From Candidatus Curtissbacteria bacterium RIFCSPLOWO2_02_41_11 (lineage in GTDB: Bacteria > Patescibacteriota > Microgenomatia > Curtissbacterales > GWA2-41-24): a DNA stretch of 58,702 nt. This document shows, one piece after another, positions 26,733 to 36,551 of this stretch (positions within the stretch are counted from its first letter, which is position 1; each line of letters opens with the position of its first letter). The DNA lies in assembly GCA_001775055.1 (NCBI GenBank), contig MFBU01000014.1, positions 59,833 through 118,534 on the forward strand, given 5' to 3'. Under the pieces are notes generated by a model. That model was not told the DNA's origin and did no database searches. It saw only the letters and a program-made list of their open reading frames with translations. Position numbers and translations under genes: made by a program.

Positions 26733-27914
26733 ATGGCAGAAAAATTTGAAAGAACTAAACCGCATGTTAATATCGGCACCATTGGTCACGTAGACCATGG
26801 TAAGACCACGCTAACTTCGGCTATCACCAAAGTCTTGGCCAAAAAAGGTTTGGCTCAAGAAAAAACTTTCGATCAAATTGATAACGCTCCGGAGGAAAAA
26901 CAGCGCGGCATAACCATCAATATTACTCATGTGGAGTATGAAACCGAGAAGCGCCACTATGCCCATATTGACGCTCCAGGCCATGCAGACTATATCAAGA
27001 ACATGATTACCGGTGCTGCCCAGATGGACGGCGCAATTTTGGTGGTCTCTGCGCCTGACGGCCCTATGCCTCAAACCCGCGAACATGTACTTTTGGCAAG
27101 GCAAGTTAATGTCCCGGCCATTGTTGTCTATTTAAATAAGGTCGATATGGTTTCTGACAAAGAACTTTTGGATCTGGTTGAACTGGAGATTCGAGAGTTA
27201 CTTGATAAATACCAGTTTGACGGCAAAAATGCCGTCATCATTCGCGGTTCTGCCCTTAAAGCTTTGGAAGACGATGCCGAGGCAGTCAAATCAATTGAGG
27301 ATTTAATGGCCGCAGTTGATGAAAAAATTCCTACACCTGCTCGCGACCTCGACAAACCTTTCCTCATGCCTATCGAAGATGTTTTTTCAATTAAAGGTCG
27401 GGGAACTGTTGTTACCGGTCGTGTTGAGCGTGGCGTGGTTAAGGTTAATGAAGAGATTGAAATCGTCGGCATTAAACCTACCAAAAAGACAGTCGTTACC
27501 GGAGTTGAGATGTTCAGGAAGCAACTAGATCAAGGTCAGGCCGGTGATAATATCGGCGTCTTGCTTCGCGGAGTCGAAAAAGATGATGTTGAGCGCGGTC
27601 AGGTCTTAGCCAAACCGGGAACTACTACTCCCCATACCGAATTTGAAGCCGAGGTCTACATTTTAGCCAAAGAGGAAGGTGGCCGTCATACGCCATTTTT
27701 TACAGGTTACAGGCCTCAATTTTACATCAGAACTACCGATGTCACCGGCGAGGCCACTTTGCCTGAAGGCACGGAAATGGTCATGCCCGGCGACAACATC
27801 AAAATGAAAGTCAAACTTATTGCACCGGTTGCCCTAGAAGAAGGCTTAAGATTTGCAATTCGCGAGGGCGGCCACACGGTTGGCGCCGGCGTGGTTGCCA
27901 AGATTCTTGCCTAA
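26733..27914 (+). CDS. tuf: elongation factor Tu
   Basis: [32 protein letters not shown]. 393 aa. Confidence 0.98.
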   Translation: MAEKFERTKPHVNIGTIGHVDHGKTTLTSAITKVLAKKGLAQEKTFDQIDNAPEEKQRGITINITHVEYETEKRHYAHIDAPGHADYIKNMITGAAQMDGAILVVSAPDGPMPQTREHVLLARQVNVPAIVVYLNKVDMVSDKELLDLVELEIRELLDKYQFDGKNAVIIRGSALKALEDDAEAVKSIEDLMAAVDEKIPTPARDLDKPFLMPIEDVFSIKGRGTVVTGRVERGVVKVNEEIEIVGIKPTKKTVVTGVEMFRKQLDQGQAGDNIGVLLRGVEKDDVERGQVLAKPGTTTPHTEFEAEVYILAKEEGGRHTPFFTGYRPQFYIRTTDVTGEATLPEGTEMVMPGDNIKMKVKLIAPVALEEGLRFAIREGGHTVGAGVVAKILA

Positions 27915-27924
27915 TGCAGGAATC

Positions 27925-27959
27925 GACCCCTAGGCATTTGCCGCAGGGGTCTTTTTTTT
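27925..27959 (+). terminator. rho-independent terminator after tuf
   Basis: gacccct-aggcatttgccgc-aggggtc followed by T8. Confidence 0.85.
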
Positions 27960-27965
27960 GATATC

Positions 27966-28047
27966 ATATCTCAGCTCAGCTGAGTCTGATATATCAGAGG
28001 AGCGCCATTGCGAGGACTTTAGTCTCGCAAGGCGACCTGCTGATATA
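27966..28047 (+). repeat. ATATCAG/CTGATAT palindromic elements C0 (27966..27992) and C (27989..28047), sharing the junction ctgatatatcag
   Basis: C = atatatcagaggagcgcc-[attgcgagga cttta gtctcgcaa]-ggcgacctgctgatata. C0 = atatc(tc)ag-ctcagctgag-tctgatat. Confidence 0.7.
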
Positions 28048-28226
28048 CAATTGACGATCGCAAGATCTGAAGTGTGAAGTTAGAAATGCGAAGCTTGATT
28101 TTTGAAGTGAGAAAAATCGATTATAGCCAACTTTCAAATCAACTCGAATCTCACTTCGATATCTAGATTCCAACCCCTTACTTCTCACTTCTATTGTAAA
28201 CTTTCTGTCCGAAGGAGGTGTTACGA

Positions 28227-28538
28227 ATGCCAGAGGTTGAGGTAACAGAACAGGAAATGCATGCAATTGAGAGCTGGATTATTCACAATTCAAGACATTA
28301 TATGTTGAACATCGTTGGGAATCGGGATAAAAGAGAAAAGGGTGTAGCACATATTGCCGATGGAGAACCAATAGTTTTCCGTCCACTTTTTAAAGATGTC
28401 GCTAATATTTCGGGATACGGTATGTCTACAAGCAATGAAGTTTTAGTCAAACTAAGACAAGCTGGAGTCCAAAGACAAGGAATTATTGATGCAATCGATC
28501 AGGCGGCTTCGAGAGCGAAAGCTGATTTGGGGATCTAA
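28227..28538 (+). CDS. hypothetical protein inserted between tuf and rpsJ
   Basis: About 103 aa. aaggagg SD 8 nt before ATG 28227. No recognisable motif. Confidence 0.5.
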   Translation: MPEVEVTEQEMHAIESWIIHNSRHYMLNIVGNRDKREKGVAHIADGEPIVFRPLFKDVANISGYGMSTSNEVLVKLRQAGVQRQGIIDAIDQAASRAKADLGI

Positions 28539-28579
28539 GAAGTACAGAGCTAAAATTAGCACTTTAAAACAAAATAACC

Positions 28580-28888
28580 ATGCCAAAGGGAAGAATTCGG
28601 GTTAAATTAAAAGCTTACGATGCGCGGGTAATGGACGCGGCTTGTCGTGATATTATAAACACGGCTTTATCAACCGGAGCCAAAATTTCCGGGCCAATTC
28701 CCTTGCCAACCAAAATCCAAAGATTCACGGTTTTGACCAGCCCGCACACTGATAAAGACGCCCGTGAGCAGTTTGAGATGCGTATTCACAAGCGCTTAGT
28801 TGATATTATCGAGCCAACGAATAAGACAATTGATTCGCTAACTCATTTAGACCTACCGGCTGGAGTAGATATTGAAATTAAAATGTAG
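28580..28888 (+). CDS. rpsJ: 30S ribosomal protein S10
   Basis: [10 protein letters not shown]...[10 protein letters not shown]...[25 protein letters not shown]. Confidence 0.97.
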   Translation: MPKGRIRVKLKAYDARVMDAACRDIINTALSTGAKISGPIPLPTKIQRFTVLTSPHTDKDAREQFEMRIHKRLVDIIEPTNKTIDSLTHLDLPAGVDIEIKM

Positions 28889-29182
28889 ATACGAATGTAT
28901 CCTAATTTGATTAGTCCGAATTTATCCTAACATTCGGATTCATTCGGAGTAATTTCATTCGGATAAATTCGTCAATCAGGAGGTATTTGACAAAAACTAA
29001 ATAAACAATTAACCATTAACAATTGACAATTGACATTTGACATTGTTAATCGGTGGGACACCTGAAGACATCTAAGGAGTCCTGCTTTTTTGCTGCTTGA
29101 ATCCGAATTGATCCGAATCAAGTTAATCCAAATTAACTCGAATATTAGGATTTATTAGGAGTAATAATTAGGAAAAATTAGG

Positions 29183-29935
29183 ATGATAAATACGATATTG
29201 GGCTTAAAAAAAGGAATGACAGCTCAATTTGATCAACATGGCCGGCGAATTCCGGTTACAAATATCGTGGCAGAGCCCAATGTCGTTTTGGCAATCAAGG
29301 ATGGCCGTATTCAACTGGGTTTTGGCCGAAAAAAGAAATTTAAAAAAACCGAAAATGCCTATGTTAAAAATGTCGGCTATGCTCCAAGGTTTATTAAGGA
29401 AGTAAAAATTGATAATGAAAAGCAAGAAATCAAAATCGGAGACAAAATGACTGTCTCCGTTTTTGAGCTCGGCGATTTGGTTAAAGTAACCGGTATAACT
29501 CTCGGTAAGGGATTTACAGGAGTAGTTAAAAGATGGGGTTTTGCCGGCGGGCCAAAAACTCACGGCCAATCTGATCGACACAGGGCTCCAGGTTCCATTG
29601 GTCAAACTACCACTCCGGGTCGTGTTTTTAAAGGTAAAAAAATGGCAGGACACATGGGTGTTGGCAAATTAACAGTGACTGGTCTTGAAGTTGTCAATAT
29701 TGACCCAGCCAAAAACCTGCTGGAGGTTAAAGGTTCGGTTCCAGGTAGCCGCAATGGTTTTTTGATTATTGAAAAAACCGGCAAGCTTAAGAGCTATACT
29801 TCGGCTCCACCACCGAAAGAAAAAGAAGAAGAGACAAAGGCCAAAGAGAAATCAGAAGAGTCAGAGGAAATAAAGGAGCCAAAGGGAGAAAGTAAAACAG
29901 ATCCTAAAGAGGAAAAAGAAACAGAGGAGAAATAA
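29183..29935 (+). CDS. rplC: 50S ribosomal protein L3 with Lys/Glu-rich C-terminal tail
   Basis: GLKKGMTAQFD..G..IPVT, GKGFTGVVKRWGFAGGPKTHGQSDRHRAPGSIG. Confidence 0.97.
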   Translation: MINTILGLKKGMTAQFDQHGRRIPVTNIVAEPNVVLAIKDGRIQLGFGRKKKFKKTENAYVKNVGYAPRFIKEVKIDNEKQEIKIGDKMTVSVFELGDLVKVTGITLGKGFTGVVKRWGFAGGPKTHGQSDRHRAPGSIGQTTTPGRVFKGKKMAGHMGVGKLTVTGLEVVNIDPAKNLLEVKGSVPGSRNGFLIIEKTGKLKSYTSAPPPKEKEEETKAKEKSEESEEIKEPKGESKTDPKEEKETEEK

Positions 29936-29937
29936 TT

Positions 29938-30750
29938 ATGGCAGGGAAAAAAGCTAATAAGATACCAAAAACTACAATAGTTCAAGCTGGCCCCAAAACT
30001 AGTTCTAAAACAGTGGATAAAAAAAGGATCACAGAGGTCACGGAAAAGAAATCACAGAGGTCACGGAAAACACAAAAGACCGTCAGGAGTAAACCTACCG
30101 CTCAAGGAGTTTCGGCTGCTCTTTATGATATTAACGGCCAATCTCTTGGCAAAGTTGTGCTTCCCAAAGAAATCTTCGGACAAAAACCTAATAAAAATCT
30201 TCTTGTACAGGCCATGCGTATCTACTCGAGTAATCAATCAGCCCATTGGGCACAGACTAAAACCCGCGCCGAAGTGCGCGGCGGCGGAGCCAAACCCCGG
30301 CGTCAAAAAGGTTCTGGCAAGGCAAGGGCAGGGTCAATCCGTTCGCCGCTTTGGGTGGGCGGCGGTGTTGCACTTGGCCCAAAGTATCGAAAAATCAAAC
30401 TAACTTTGCCTAAAAAAATGAAAAAGAAAGCCTTAGTTTTTGCCCTTTCTTCAAAAGCGCAGGCAGGGGATATTAAAGTAATCAAAAATATTGAAAACAT
30501 CCAAGCAAAAACGAAAATAGTCGCTGGTTTACTGAATAAATTGAAAACAAAGGATAATACACTTTTAGTAATTTCTGACAAATCAAATGATCAAAAGAAT
30601 TTGATTTTGGCGTCACGCAACATCAAACAAATTTCGGTAAGTCGCGTCAACAATCTTAACGCTTTTGAGATAGTTAAAAGCAACAATCTCTTGTTTTCCA
30701 AAGAGGCTTTGGCCGCCTTAGTTGGCGAAAAACCGGTAAAACAACTATGA
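29938..30750 (+). CDS. rplD: 50S ribosomal protein L4 with about 55-aa basic N-terminal extension
   Basis: KTRAEVRGGGAKPRRQKGSGKARAGSIRSPLWVGGGVALGPK. Confidence 0.95.
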   Translation: MAGKKANKIPKTTIVQAGPKTSSKTVDKKRITEVTEKKSQRSRKTQKTVRSKPTAQGVSAALYDINGQSLGKVVLPKEIFGQKPNKNLLVQAMRIYSSNQSAHWAQTKTRAEVRGGGAKPRRQKGSGKARAGSIRSPLWVGGGVALGPKYRKIKLTLPKKMKKKALVFALSSKAQAGDIKVIKNIENIQAKTKIVAGLLNKLKTKDNTLLVISDKSNDQKNLILASRNIKQISVSRVNNLNAFEIVKSNNLLFSKEALAALVGEKPVKQL

Positions 30751-31118
30751 AAAATATAATCAAAAAAGCAATACTCTCGGAAAAGGCTTATAAGTCAATG
30801 GAGAAAGGTATCTATACTTTTCTGGTTGATGCGCGTTCAACCAAAAAAGAAATTGCTAGACAAGTGGCCTCTCACTTTGCAGTCGAAGTGGTAAAAGTCA
30901 ATGTTGGCAATGTTGCAGCAAAGTCAAAAAGAATTGCCAAAAGCCGAAAACAGGTAAAAACGGGCGGAGGTAAAAAGGCCATGGTTTATCTCAAAGCCGG
31001 ACAAACAATCGCAGTGCTTTCACCAAAGTCAGAGGCCAAAGGTAAAAAAGCCAAAGAAAAAGGCCAAAGCAAAGAAAAAGATATTCAGCAGGTAACAGCA
31101 GAAGGTAAGGAGGGTTAA
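30747..31118 (+). CDS. rplW: 50S ribosomal protein L23
   Basis: Position and size match, with the pattern ILSEKAY...YTFLVD...KKEI...KVNV...KKAMVYL. Confidence 0.9.
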   Translation: MKNIIKKAILSEKAYKSMEKGIYTFLVDARSTKKEIARQVASHFAVEVVKVNVGNVAAKSKRIAKSRKQVKTGGGKKAMVYLKAGQTIAVLSPKSEAKGKKAKEKGQSKEKDIQQVTAEGKEG

Positions 31119-31936
31119 TGGCAATTAAAATTTATAAACCAAAAACACCAGGTCAAAGATTTAAAAGCGGTTTGGCTTTTGGCGATGTTACCAAGACGAA
31201 ACCGGAAAAGTCGCAAATTGCACCTCTTACAAAAACCGGCGGTAGATCAAGGGGACGGGTTACTGCAAGAAGCAAGGGTGGCGGTCATAAAAGAAATTTT
31301 AGATTAATTGATTTTGTTCGCAGCAAAAAAGATATTATGGCTCGTATTGCCGCTATTGAGTATGATCCCAATCGTTCGGCCAACATTGCCCTTCTTCATT
31401 ACACGGATGGGGAGAAGAAATATATTTTAGCACCGCAGGAACTTAAAATTGGCGACCAAGTTTTCGCCGGTGAAAAAGCCGAAATCAAACCGGGCAATGC
31501 CCTGCCTCTTGGCAAAATGCCGATTGGCACTGTTGTTCATAATATTGAGTTAATCCCCGGAGCCGGAGGTCAGATAGTCAGATCCGCCGGTGCCGGTGCG
31601 ATTGTTGCAGCTAAAGAGGGAAAGTGGGTACATCTTAAGCTTCCTTCCAAAGAAATAAGAAAGGTTCACAGTTTAAGTTATGCAACTGTTGGTCAAGTTG
31701 GTAATATTGATTGGAAAAATATTACTTTTGGCAAAGCGGGAAGATTGCGTCACATGGGCAAGCGACCAAAGGTTAGAGGTGTAGCCATGGATCCGGGATC
31801 ACACCCGCATGGCGGCGGTGAAGGCAGGTCCGGTATCGGCATGCATCCAAAAACTCCTTGGGGCAAACCGGCTTTTAAAAAAACCAGAAACAAAAAGAAA
31901 CCATCAAGCAAGTTCATTTTACAACGAAGGAAGTAA
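31118..31936 (+). CDS. rplB: 50S ribosomal protein L2
   Basis: [46 protein letters not shown]. Confidence 0.98.
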   Translation: MAIKIYKPKTPGQRFKSGLAFGDVTKTKPEKSQIAPLTKTGGRSRGRVTARSKGGGHKRNFRLIDFVRSKKDIMARIAAIEYDPNRSANIALLHYTDGEKKYILAPQELKIGDQVFAGEKAEIKPGNALPLGKMPIGTVVHNIELIPGAGGQIVRSAGAGAIVAAKEGKWVHLKLPSKEIRKVHSLSYATVGQVGNIDWKNITFGKAGRLRHMGKRPKVRGVAMDPGSHPHGGGEGRSGIGMHPKTPWGKPAFKKTRNKKKPSSKFILQRRK

Positions 31937-31983
31937 AATATGAGATTGCGAAGCAAGGCTGATATTTTATCTAGGAGGAAATA

Positions 31984-32268
31984 ATGAGCAGGTCATCTAA
32001 AAAAGGTCCGTATGTGGACCAGAAATTGTTAAAGAAAGTTTTAGCTCAAAAAGAGTCCGGCAAAAAAGAGCCCATTAAAACTTGGGCTAGAAACAGCCAA
32101 ATTCCGCCGGAATTTGTCAATCATACTTTTTCTGTCCATAACGGCCGGATTTTTATCAATGTTTTTGTCACAGAGCCGATGGTTGGCCACCGACTTGGAG
32201 AATTTGCACCGACAAGAACTTTTCGCGGTCACGGTAAGATTACAGAGAAATCCAGCGCCAAAAAATAG
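31984..32268 (+). CDS. rpsS: 30S ribosomal protein S19
   Basis: [43 protein letters not shown]. Confidence 0.97.
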   Translation: MSRSSKKGPYVDQKLLKKVLAQKESGKKEPIKTWARNSQIPPEFVNHTFSVHNGRIFINVFVTEPMVGHRLGEFAPTRTFRGHGKITEKSSAKK

Positions 32269-32394
32269 AATGCGAATTTGTACGAATATAATTACACGAA
32301 TAGAAACGAATATTTTAATCAGCGAAGATCAGTCATCAATCCGCGGTAATCAATTGCTGATTAAAAAAACACCAAAAGTCAATCAGGAGGCTGT

Positions 32395-32820
32395 ATGGAA
32401 ATAGTAGCTGTGGCAAAGAATGTACGCATATCACCGCAAAAGGCAAGGCTTGTTGTCGATCAGATCAAAAAAATGGGGCCTCAGGAAGCAATAAAAATGC
32501 TGGATTTTATCCCAAAAGGCGCATCATCAGCCATTAAAAAAATTATTGCGTCCGCAATAGCTAATGCAAAAAATAATTTTGGTTTATCCCAGGACACTTT
32601 GACTTTTAAGGAAATTTCGGTGACAAAGGGGATTGTTTTTAAAAGGTATAGGGCAGTCTCGCGAGGCCGAGTCCATCCAATATTAAAGAGGACAAGCCAC
32701 ATAAAAGTAGTTTTGAAGAGTGAGCAGAAAAAAGAAGTATCACAAAAAGAGGTATCACAAGTATCAAAAGTACCAGAAGTATCAAAGGTGCCAGAGGTTG
32801 AAAAGAAAAATGAAAAATGA
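32395..32820 (+). CDS. rplV: 50S ribosomal protein L22 with repetitive C-terminal tail
   Basis: RISPQKARLVVDQIK, ...SAIANA.NN. The tail is EVSQKEVSQVSKVPEVSKVPEVEKK. Confidence 0.95.
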   Translation: MEIVAVAKNVRISPQKARLVVDQIKKMGPQEAIKMLDFIPKGASSAIKKIIASAIANAKNNFGLSQDTLTFKEISVTKGIVFKRYRAVSRGRVHPILKRTSHIKVVLKSEQKKEVSQKEVSQVSKVPEVSKVPEVEKKNEK

Positions 32821-32924
32821 AAATTTAAAAATATTTTTCAATTACTATTCACTATTTACTCTTTTCGATTCCTCGAAAATACGCTCTCGTATTCACTATT
32901 CACTACCGACCGAATGGAGGTCCT

Positions 32925-33566
32925 GTGGGTCAGAAAGTTAATCCAGTTGGTTTTAGACTTGGTAACCTCTACACTTGGAGCTCGCGCTGGTTTGCGGCTA
33001 AAAACAATCTTTTTGCCGAGTATCTTTTAGAGGACCAAAAAATTAGGAAATTTTTAATGGAGGTTCTTAAGGCGGCAGGTATCTCTAAAGTAGAGATTGA
33101 ACGTTCTTTTGACAAAAGAATTATAACAATTCATGTTTCAAGGCCAGGGGTTGCCATCGGTCGAGGAGGAACCGGACTTGAACAATTAAAAGATGCTTTG
33201 ATGAAAAAATTCAAAATTACTGATTCCGGCAAACTGGACATTAAATTTGAAGAAGTAAAGTCACCTGATTTGGACGCTTATCTTGTGGCAACGAACATTG
33301 CCGACCAACTCGTCAGGCGCATCCCATTTAGAAGAGTGATGAATCAGGCTCTTGAACGAGTCAAAAGATCCGGAGCCAAAGGCGTGAGAATTTCTTTGGC
33401 CGGCAGGCTTGGCGGTTCGGAAATTGCCAGGCGCGAGACAGTCAAAGATGGGTCTATCCCCCTGCAGACATTAAGAGCCCAAATAGATTTTGCCAAGATC
33501 GATGCCAAGGTGCCTAGAGCCGGCATCGTTGGTGTTAAAGTTTGGATAAACAAAGGTGAATCCTAG
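32925..33566 (+). CDS. rpsC: 30S ribosomal protein S3
   Basis: GQKVNPVGFRLG....W.S.WFA, KH-like IERS...I.IH..RPG.AIGRGG. GTG start after ggagg. Confidence 0.97.
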   Translation: MGQKVNPVGFRLGNLYTWSSRWFAAKNNLFAEYLLEDQKIRKFLMEVLKAAGISKVEIERSFDKRIITIHVSRPGVAIGRGGTGLEQLKDALMKKFKITDSGKLDIKFEEVKSPDLDAYLVATNIADQLVRRIPFRRVMNQALERVKRSGAKGVRISLAGRLGGSEIARRETVKDGSIPLQTLRAQIDFAKIDAKVPRAGIVGVKVWINKGES

Positions 33567-33596
33567 AATGATTAAAATTTTCAATTTTCAATTGAG

Positions 33597-34001
33597 ATGC
33601 TAGCGCCAAAAAGAGCAAAATATCGGAAACAATTTAGAAACAGGATGAAAGGACTGGCTACCCGTGGCAGTAGTATAGCTTTTGGGTCATTTGGCTTAAA
33701 AAGTCTCGAGACTGCTTGGGTTACTGCCAGACAAATTGAGGCAGCTAGGCGGGCAATGACCCATTACACCAAAAGGGGAGGTCGTATTTGGATAAGAATC
33801 TTTCCAGATAAACCGGTAACTAAAAAACCGGCGGAGACAAGAATGGGTTCAGGAAAAGGCGATGTTAACGAGTATGTTGCCGTTGTCAAGCCGGGCACGA
33901 TCCTTTTTGAAATGGGAGCACTGGATGCAAAAGTTGCCCAAGAAGCAATGAGACTGGCAGCGCATAAGTTACCAATCAAAACTAAGTTAGTATCAAAATA
34001 G
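33597..34001 (+). CDS. rplP: 50S ribosomal protein L16
   Basis: [48 protein letters not shown]. Confidence 0.97.
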   Translation: MLAPKRAKYRKQFRNRMKGLATRGSSIAFGSFGLKSLETAWVTARQIEAARRAMTHYTKRGGRIWIRIFPDKPVTKKPAETRMGSGKGDVNEYVAVVKPGTILFEMGALDAKVAQEAMRLAAHKLPIKTKLVSK

Positions 34002-34021
34002 CAAAAGAAAGGAAATATGTT

Positions 34022-34282
34022 ATGAAAAAGAAAGAGTTAGACGAGATAAAAAGTAAAAGCATAAGTGAGCTTAGGAACAAAATTAGCCAGCTGGAAAAAG
34101 AGAAAATCAATGCTCTCCTAGAACTTAAAATGGCTAAAGTCAAAAATGTTCATGCCGTTAGGGGTATTAAGAAAGATATTGCCAAGGTAAAAACAATTCT
34201 GAACTTAAAACTTTTTCTGGAAAAAAGTCAGGCTATGACCAATAAGCCAGAGGGCAAGGAGAAAGAAAATGCCGCAAATTAA
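34022..34282 (+). CDS. rpmC: 50S ribosomal protein L29
   Basis: Position between L16 and S17. Pattern [21 protein letters not shown]. Confidence 0.9.
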   Translation: MKKKELDEIKSKSISELRNKISQLEKEKINALLELKMAKVKNVHAVRGIKKDIAKVKTILNLKLFLEKSQAMTNKPEGKEKENAAN

Positions 34283-34499
34283 AACGGGAATTGTGGTTTC
34301 TGGCAAAATGCAAAAAACAGTTGTGGTTAAAGTTAGCACTAAGGTCAAGCATCGACTTTATAAAAAATTAATTACAAAAACTAAAAAATTCAAAGCCCAT
34401 GATGAAATAGGAGTCAAGATTGGCCAAAAGGTAAAAATTATTGAAACAAGGCCGATTTCAAAAGATATCCATTTTAAAGTCGTGGAGGTTTTAACTTAG
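34269..34499 (+). CDS. rpsQ: 30S ribosomal protein S17
   Basis: [18 protein letters not shown]......H.LYKK......K..AHDE....IGQKV.I.ETRPISK. Confidence 0.95.
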   Translation: MPQIKTGIVVSGKMQKTVVVKVSTKVKHRLYKKLITKTKKFKAHDEIGVKIGQKVKIIETRPISKDIHFKVVEVLT

Positions 34500-34868
34500 A
34501 TGCTTATTAGAAGATCAATATTGACTGTCGCCGATAATAGCGGTGCTAAAAATCTTAGAATTATTGGAATTGGTAAAGGTTCTGGCAGGCGCTTTGTCGG
34601 AATCGGTGATGTAGTAACTTGCACAGTCTTTGGTGCAAGCCCGATTGGTCAAGTTAAGGATCATGAGATTGTTCAAGCCGTGATTGTCAGAACAAGAAAA
34701 GAAACCCGCAGGAGAGACGGTTCATATATAAGATTTTCCGATAACGCGGCAGTTATTATTGATGCAAGTAAGGTGCCAAGAGCAACAAGGATTTTTGGAC
34801 CGGTGGCTCAAGAAATAAAAAATAAAGGATTTAGTAAAATTGCATCTTTGGCTAAGGAGGTAGTTTAA
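34500..34868 (+). CDS. rplN: 50S ribosomal protein L14
   Basis: MLIRRSILTVADNSGAK......IG, RRRDGSYIRFSDNA.VII. Confidence 0.97.
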   Translation: MLIRRSILTVADNSGAKNLRIIGIGKGSGRRFVGIGDVVTCTVFGASPIGQVKDHEIVQAVIVRTRKETRRRDGSYIRFSDNAAVIIDASKVPRATRIFGPVAQEIKNKGFSKIASLAKEVV

Positions 34869-34870
34869 AA

Positions 34871-35179
34871 ATGTTTAAATTCAAGGTTGGCGACGAGGTA
34901 TTAGTCACTTCAGGTCGAGACAAGGGCAAAAAAGGCAAGGTCGAAAAGGTGTTTCCTTCCGAATATAAACTCGTTGTTAGCAAAGTCAATATTTATAAAA
35001 GACACAGAAAGGCGACCAGGCAGCGAGGTGCAGGTATTTATGAGATTGCCCGACCGATTTCCGTTTCTAAAGTGGCTATTATTTGTCCCAAATGCGCCAA
35101 AGTGACAAGAGTCGGTTTTGGTGTTGATGGAAAAGCCAAAAATAGGATTTGTAAAAAATGTAAAGGAAGTCTTTCATGA
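34871..35179 (+). CDS. rplX: 50S ribosomal protein L24 (with CxxC...CxxC ribbon)
   Basis: KVGDEVLVTSGRDKGKKGKVEKV (KOW). CPKC...CKKC at the C-terminus. Confidence 0.93.
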   Translation: MFKFKVGDEVLVTSGRDKGKKGKVEKVFPSEYKLVVSKVNIYKRHRKATRQRGAGIYEIARPISVSKVAIICPKCAKVTRVGFGVDGKAKNRICKKCKGSLS

Positions 35180-35718
35180 CAAATTTAATTACCAAATATC
35201 AACAAGAGGTCTTACCAAAATTAAAAGAGGAATTTGGACTAGTTAATAATTTGGCCATACCAAAAGTTGAAAAAATTGTTCTAAATAGTAGCGTGGTTGA
35301 GGCAATTGAAAATAAAGAAGTTCTCGAAAGGGTAAAAGACCAACTGGCGATAATTTCTGGCCAAAGACCTGCTGTCAGACGCGCCAGACAATCAATTTCC
35401 GCCTTTAAATTAAAAGAAAAAGACCCCATTGGTGTAGTAGTGACCTTAAGAGGGAAAAAAGCCTGGAATTTTTTGGAAAAATTGATTGCGATTGTCATAC
35501 CCAGAATGCGTGATTTTCGAGGACTTTTACAATCAAAGTTCGATAAAAACGGCAATTATAGCTTGGGAATGCCTGAACAAATCCTTTTTCCTGAGATAGA
35601 TTATTCTAAAATCGACAAAATCAGAGGCTTAGTTGTAACGATAGTTGTAAAAAACAGCAATAGAGAAAAATCCCAAAGACTCTTGGAGCTTTTAGGAGCA
35701 CCATTTAAGAAGAACTGA
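35176..35718 (+). CDS. rplE: 50S ribosomal protein L5
   Basis: PKVEKIVLNS, ISGQRP...RAR.SI..FKL.E..PIG..VTLRG...W.FL.KL, RDFRG. Confidence 0.97.
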   Translation: MTNLITKYQQEVLPKLKEEFGLVNNLAIPKVEKIVLNSSVVEAIENKEVLERVKDQLAIISGQRPAVRRARQSISAFKLKEKDPIGVVVTLRGKKAWNFLEKLIAIVIPRMRDFRGLLQSKFDKNGNYSLGMPEQILFPEIDYSKIDKIRGLVVTIVVKNSNREKSQRLLELLGAPFKKN

Positions 35719-35725
35719 GGTTTAA

Positions 35726-35911
35726 ATGGCCAAGAAATCAAAAATTGTAAAAAACGAAAAAAAACCAAAGTTTGAAGTAAGACACAGAAATCGCTGTAAG
35801 ATTTGTGGTAGACCTCGAGGTTATTTGCGTAAATTTGGGATTTGCCGGCTTTGTTTTCGCGATCTGGTACATCGGGGTGAAATACCCGGTGTTCAAAAAG
35901 CATCATGGTGA
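35726..35911 (+). CDS. rpsZ: 30S ribosomal protein S14 type Z (zinc-binding)
   Basis: 61 aa. [22 protein letters not shown]. Confidence 0.95.
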   Translation: MAKKSKIVKNEKKPKFEVRHRNRCKICGRPRGYLRKFGICRLCFRDLVHRGEIPGVQKASW

Positions 35912-36013
35912 ACATTAACGAATATAAACGAATAAAATTAAATTTAATATGAACGAATATTCGCACAAATTAGTCAAAATTAGTTTAAATTTGCAAGTAA
36001 CCGGAGGTTACCA

Positions 36014-36409
36014 ATGGATCCTGTAGCTGATATGTTAGTGACAATCAAAAACGGATATATGGCCAAGAAGGCACAAGTAATAATTCCTTATTCAAAGTTT
36101 AAATTTGAAATAGCCAAAATATTAGAAAAAGAACAATTTATTGGTAAGGTTACCAAAAAGGATTCCCGCCTGCCGGCAGGCAAGGCAAAAATCGAAGTGG
36201 AGCTTTTATACGATAAACAAAAGCCTAAAATTTCTGAAATTAAACGTGTTTCAAAATTGGGACTTCGCGTTTACACAAAAGGTAAAAATATCAAAGGTAT
36301 TAAGGGAGGTAAAGGAATAATTATTATTTCAACTCCCAAAGGCGTCATGACGGGAAGCCAGGCAAAAGCTAAAAATCTTGGAGGAGAGGTCATCTGCCAA
36401 GTTTGGTAA
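36014..36409 (+). CDS. rpsH: 30S ribosomal protein S8
   Basis: DPVADMLV.IKNG, ...IIISTPKGVMT...AK..N.GGEV.C.VW. Confidence 0.96.
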   Translation: MDPVADMLVTIKNGYMAKKAQVIIPYSKFKFEIAKILEKEQFIGKVTKKDSRLPAGKAKIEVELLYDKQKPKISEIKRVSKLGLRVYTKGKNIKGIKGGKGIIIISTPKGVMTGSQAKAKNLGGEVICQVW

Positions 36410-36456
36410 AAAATATAAAAATCAAATGATAAACTTAAATTTTAAATCGAAAATTT

Positions 36457-36543
36457 CAAAATTGGATCAGGCTTCGCCTGGACAATTTTGTCCATTAGGG
36501 GAAAGAGAATATTAAGGGAAAACCGTAAGGTTTGCCCTTAAAG
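36457..36543 (+). repeat. two-hairpin intergenic element E, copy 1 (upstream of rplF)
   Basis: caaaattggatcaggcttcgcctggacaattttgtccattaggggaaagagaatattaagggaaaaccgtaaggtttgcccttaaag aligns along its full length with 41049..41137 and 43029..43114. Confidence 0.8.
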
Positions 36544-36551
36544 TCAGTATT

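Noticed and set aside
26564-26782. 72-aa minus-strand ORF spanning the fusA-tuf spacer and the tuf start
   Set aside because: It is antisense to the tuf 5' end and to structured spacer repeats, with no supporting signal.
22988-36013. Possible CRISPR array among the repeated words in the spacers
   Set aside because: The repeat units are only 7-9 nt and irregularly spaced. There are no 25-40-nt repeats with unique spacers and no cas genes in the window.
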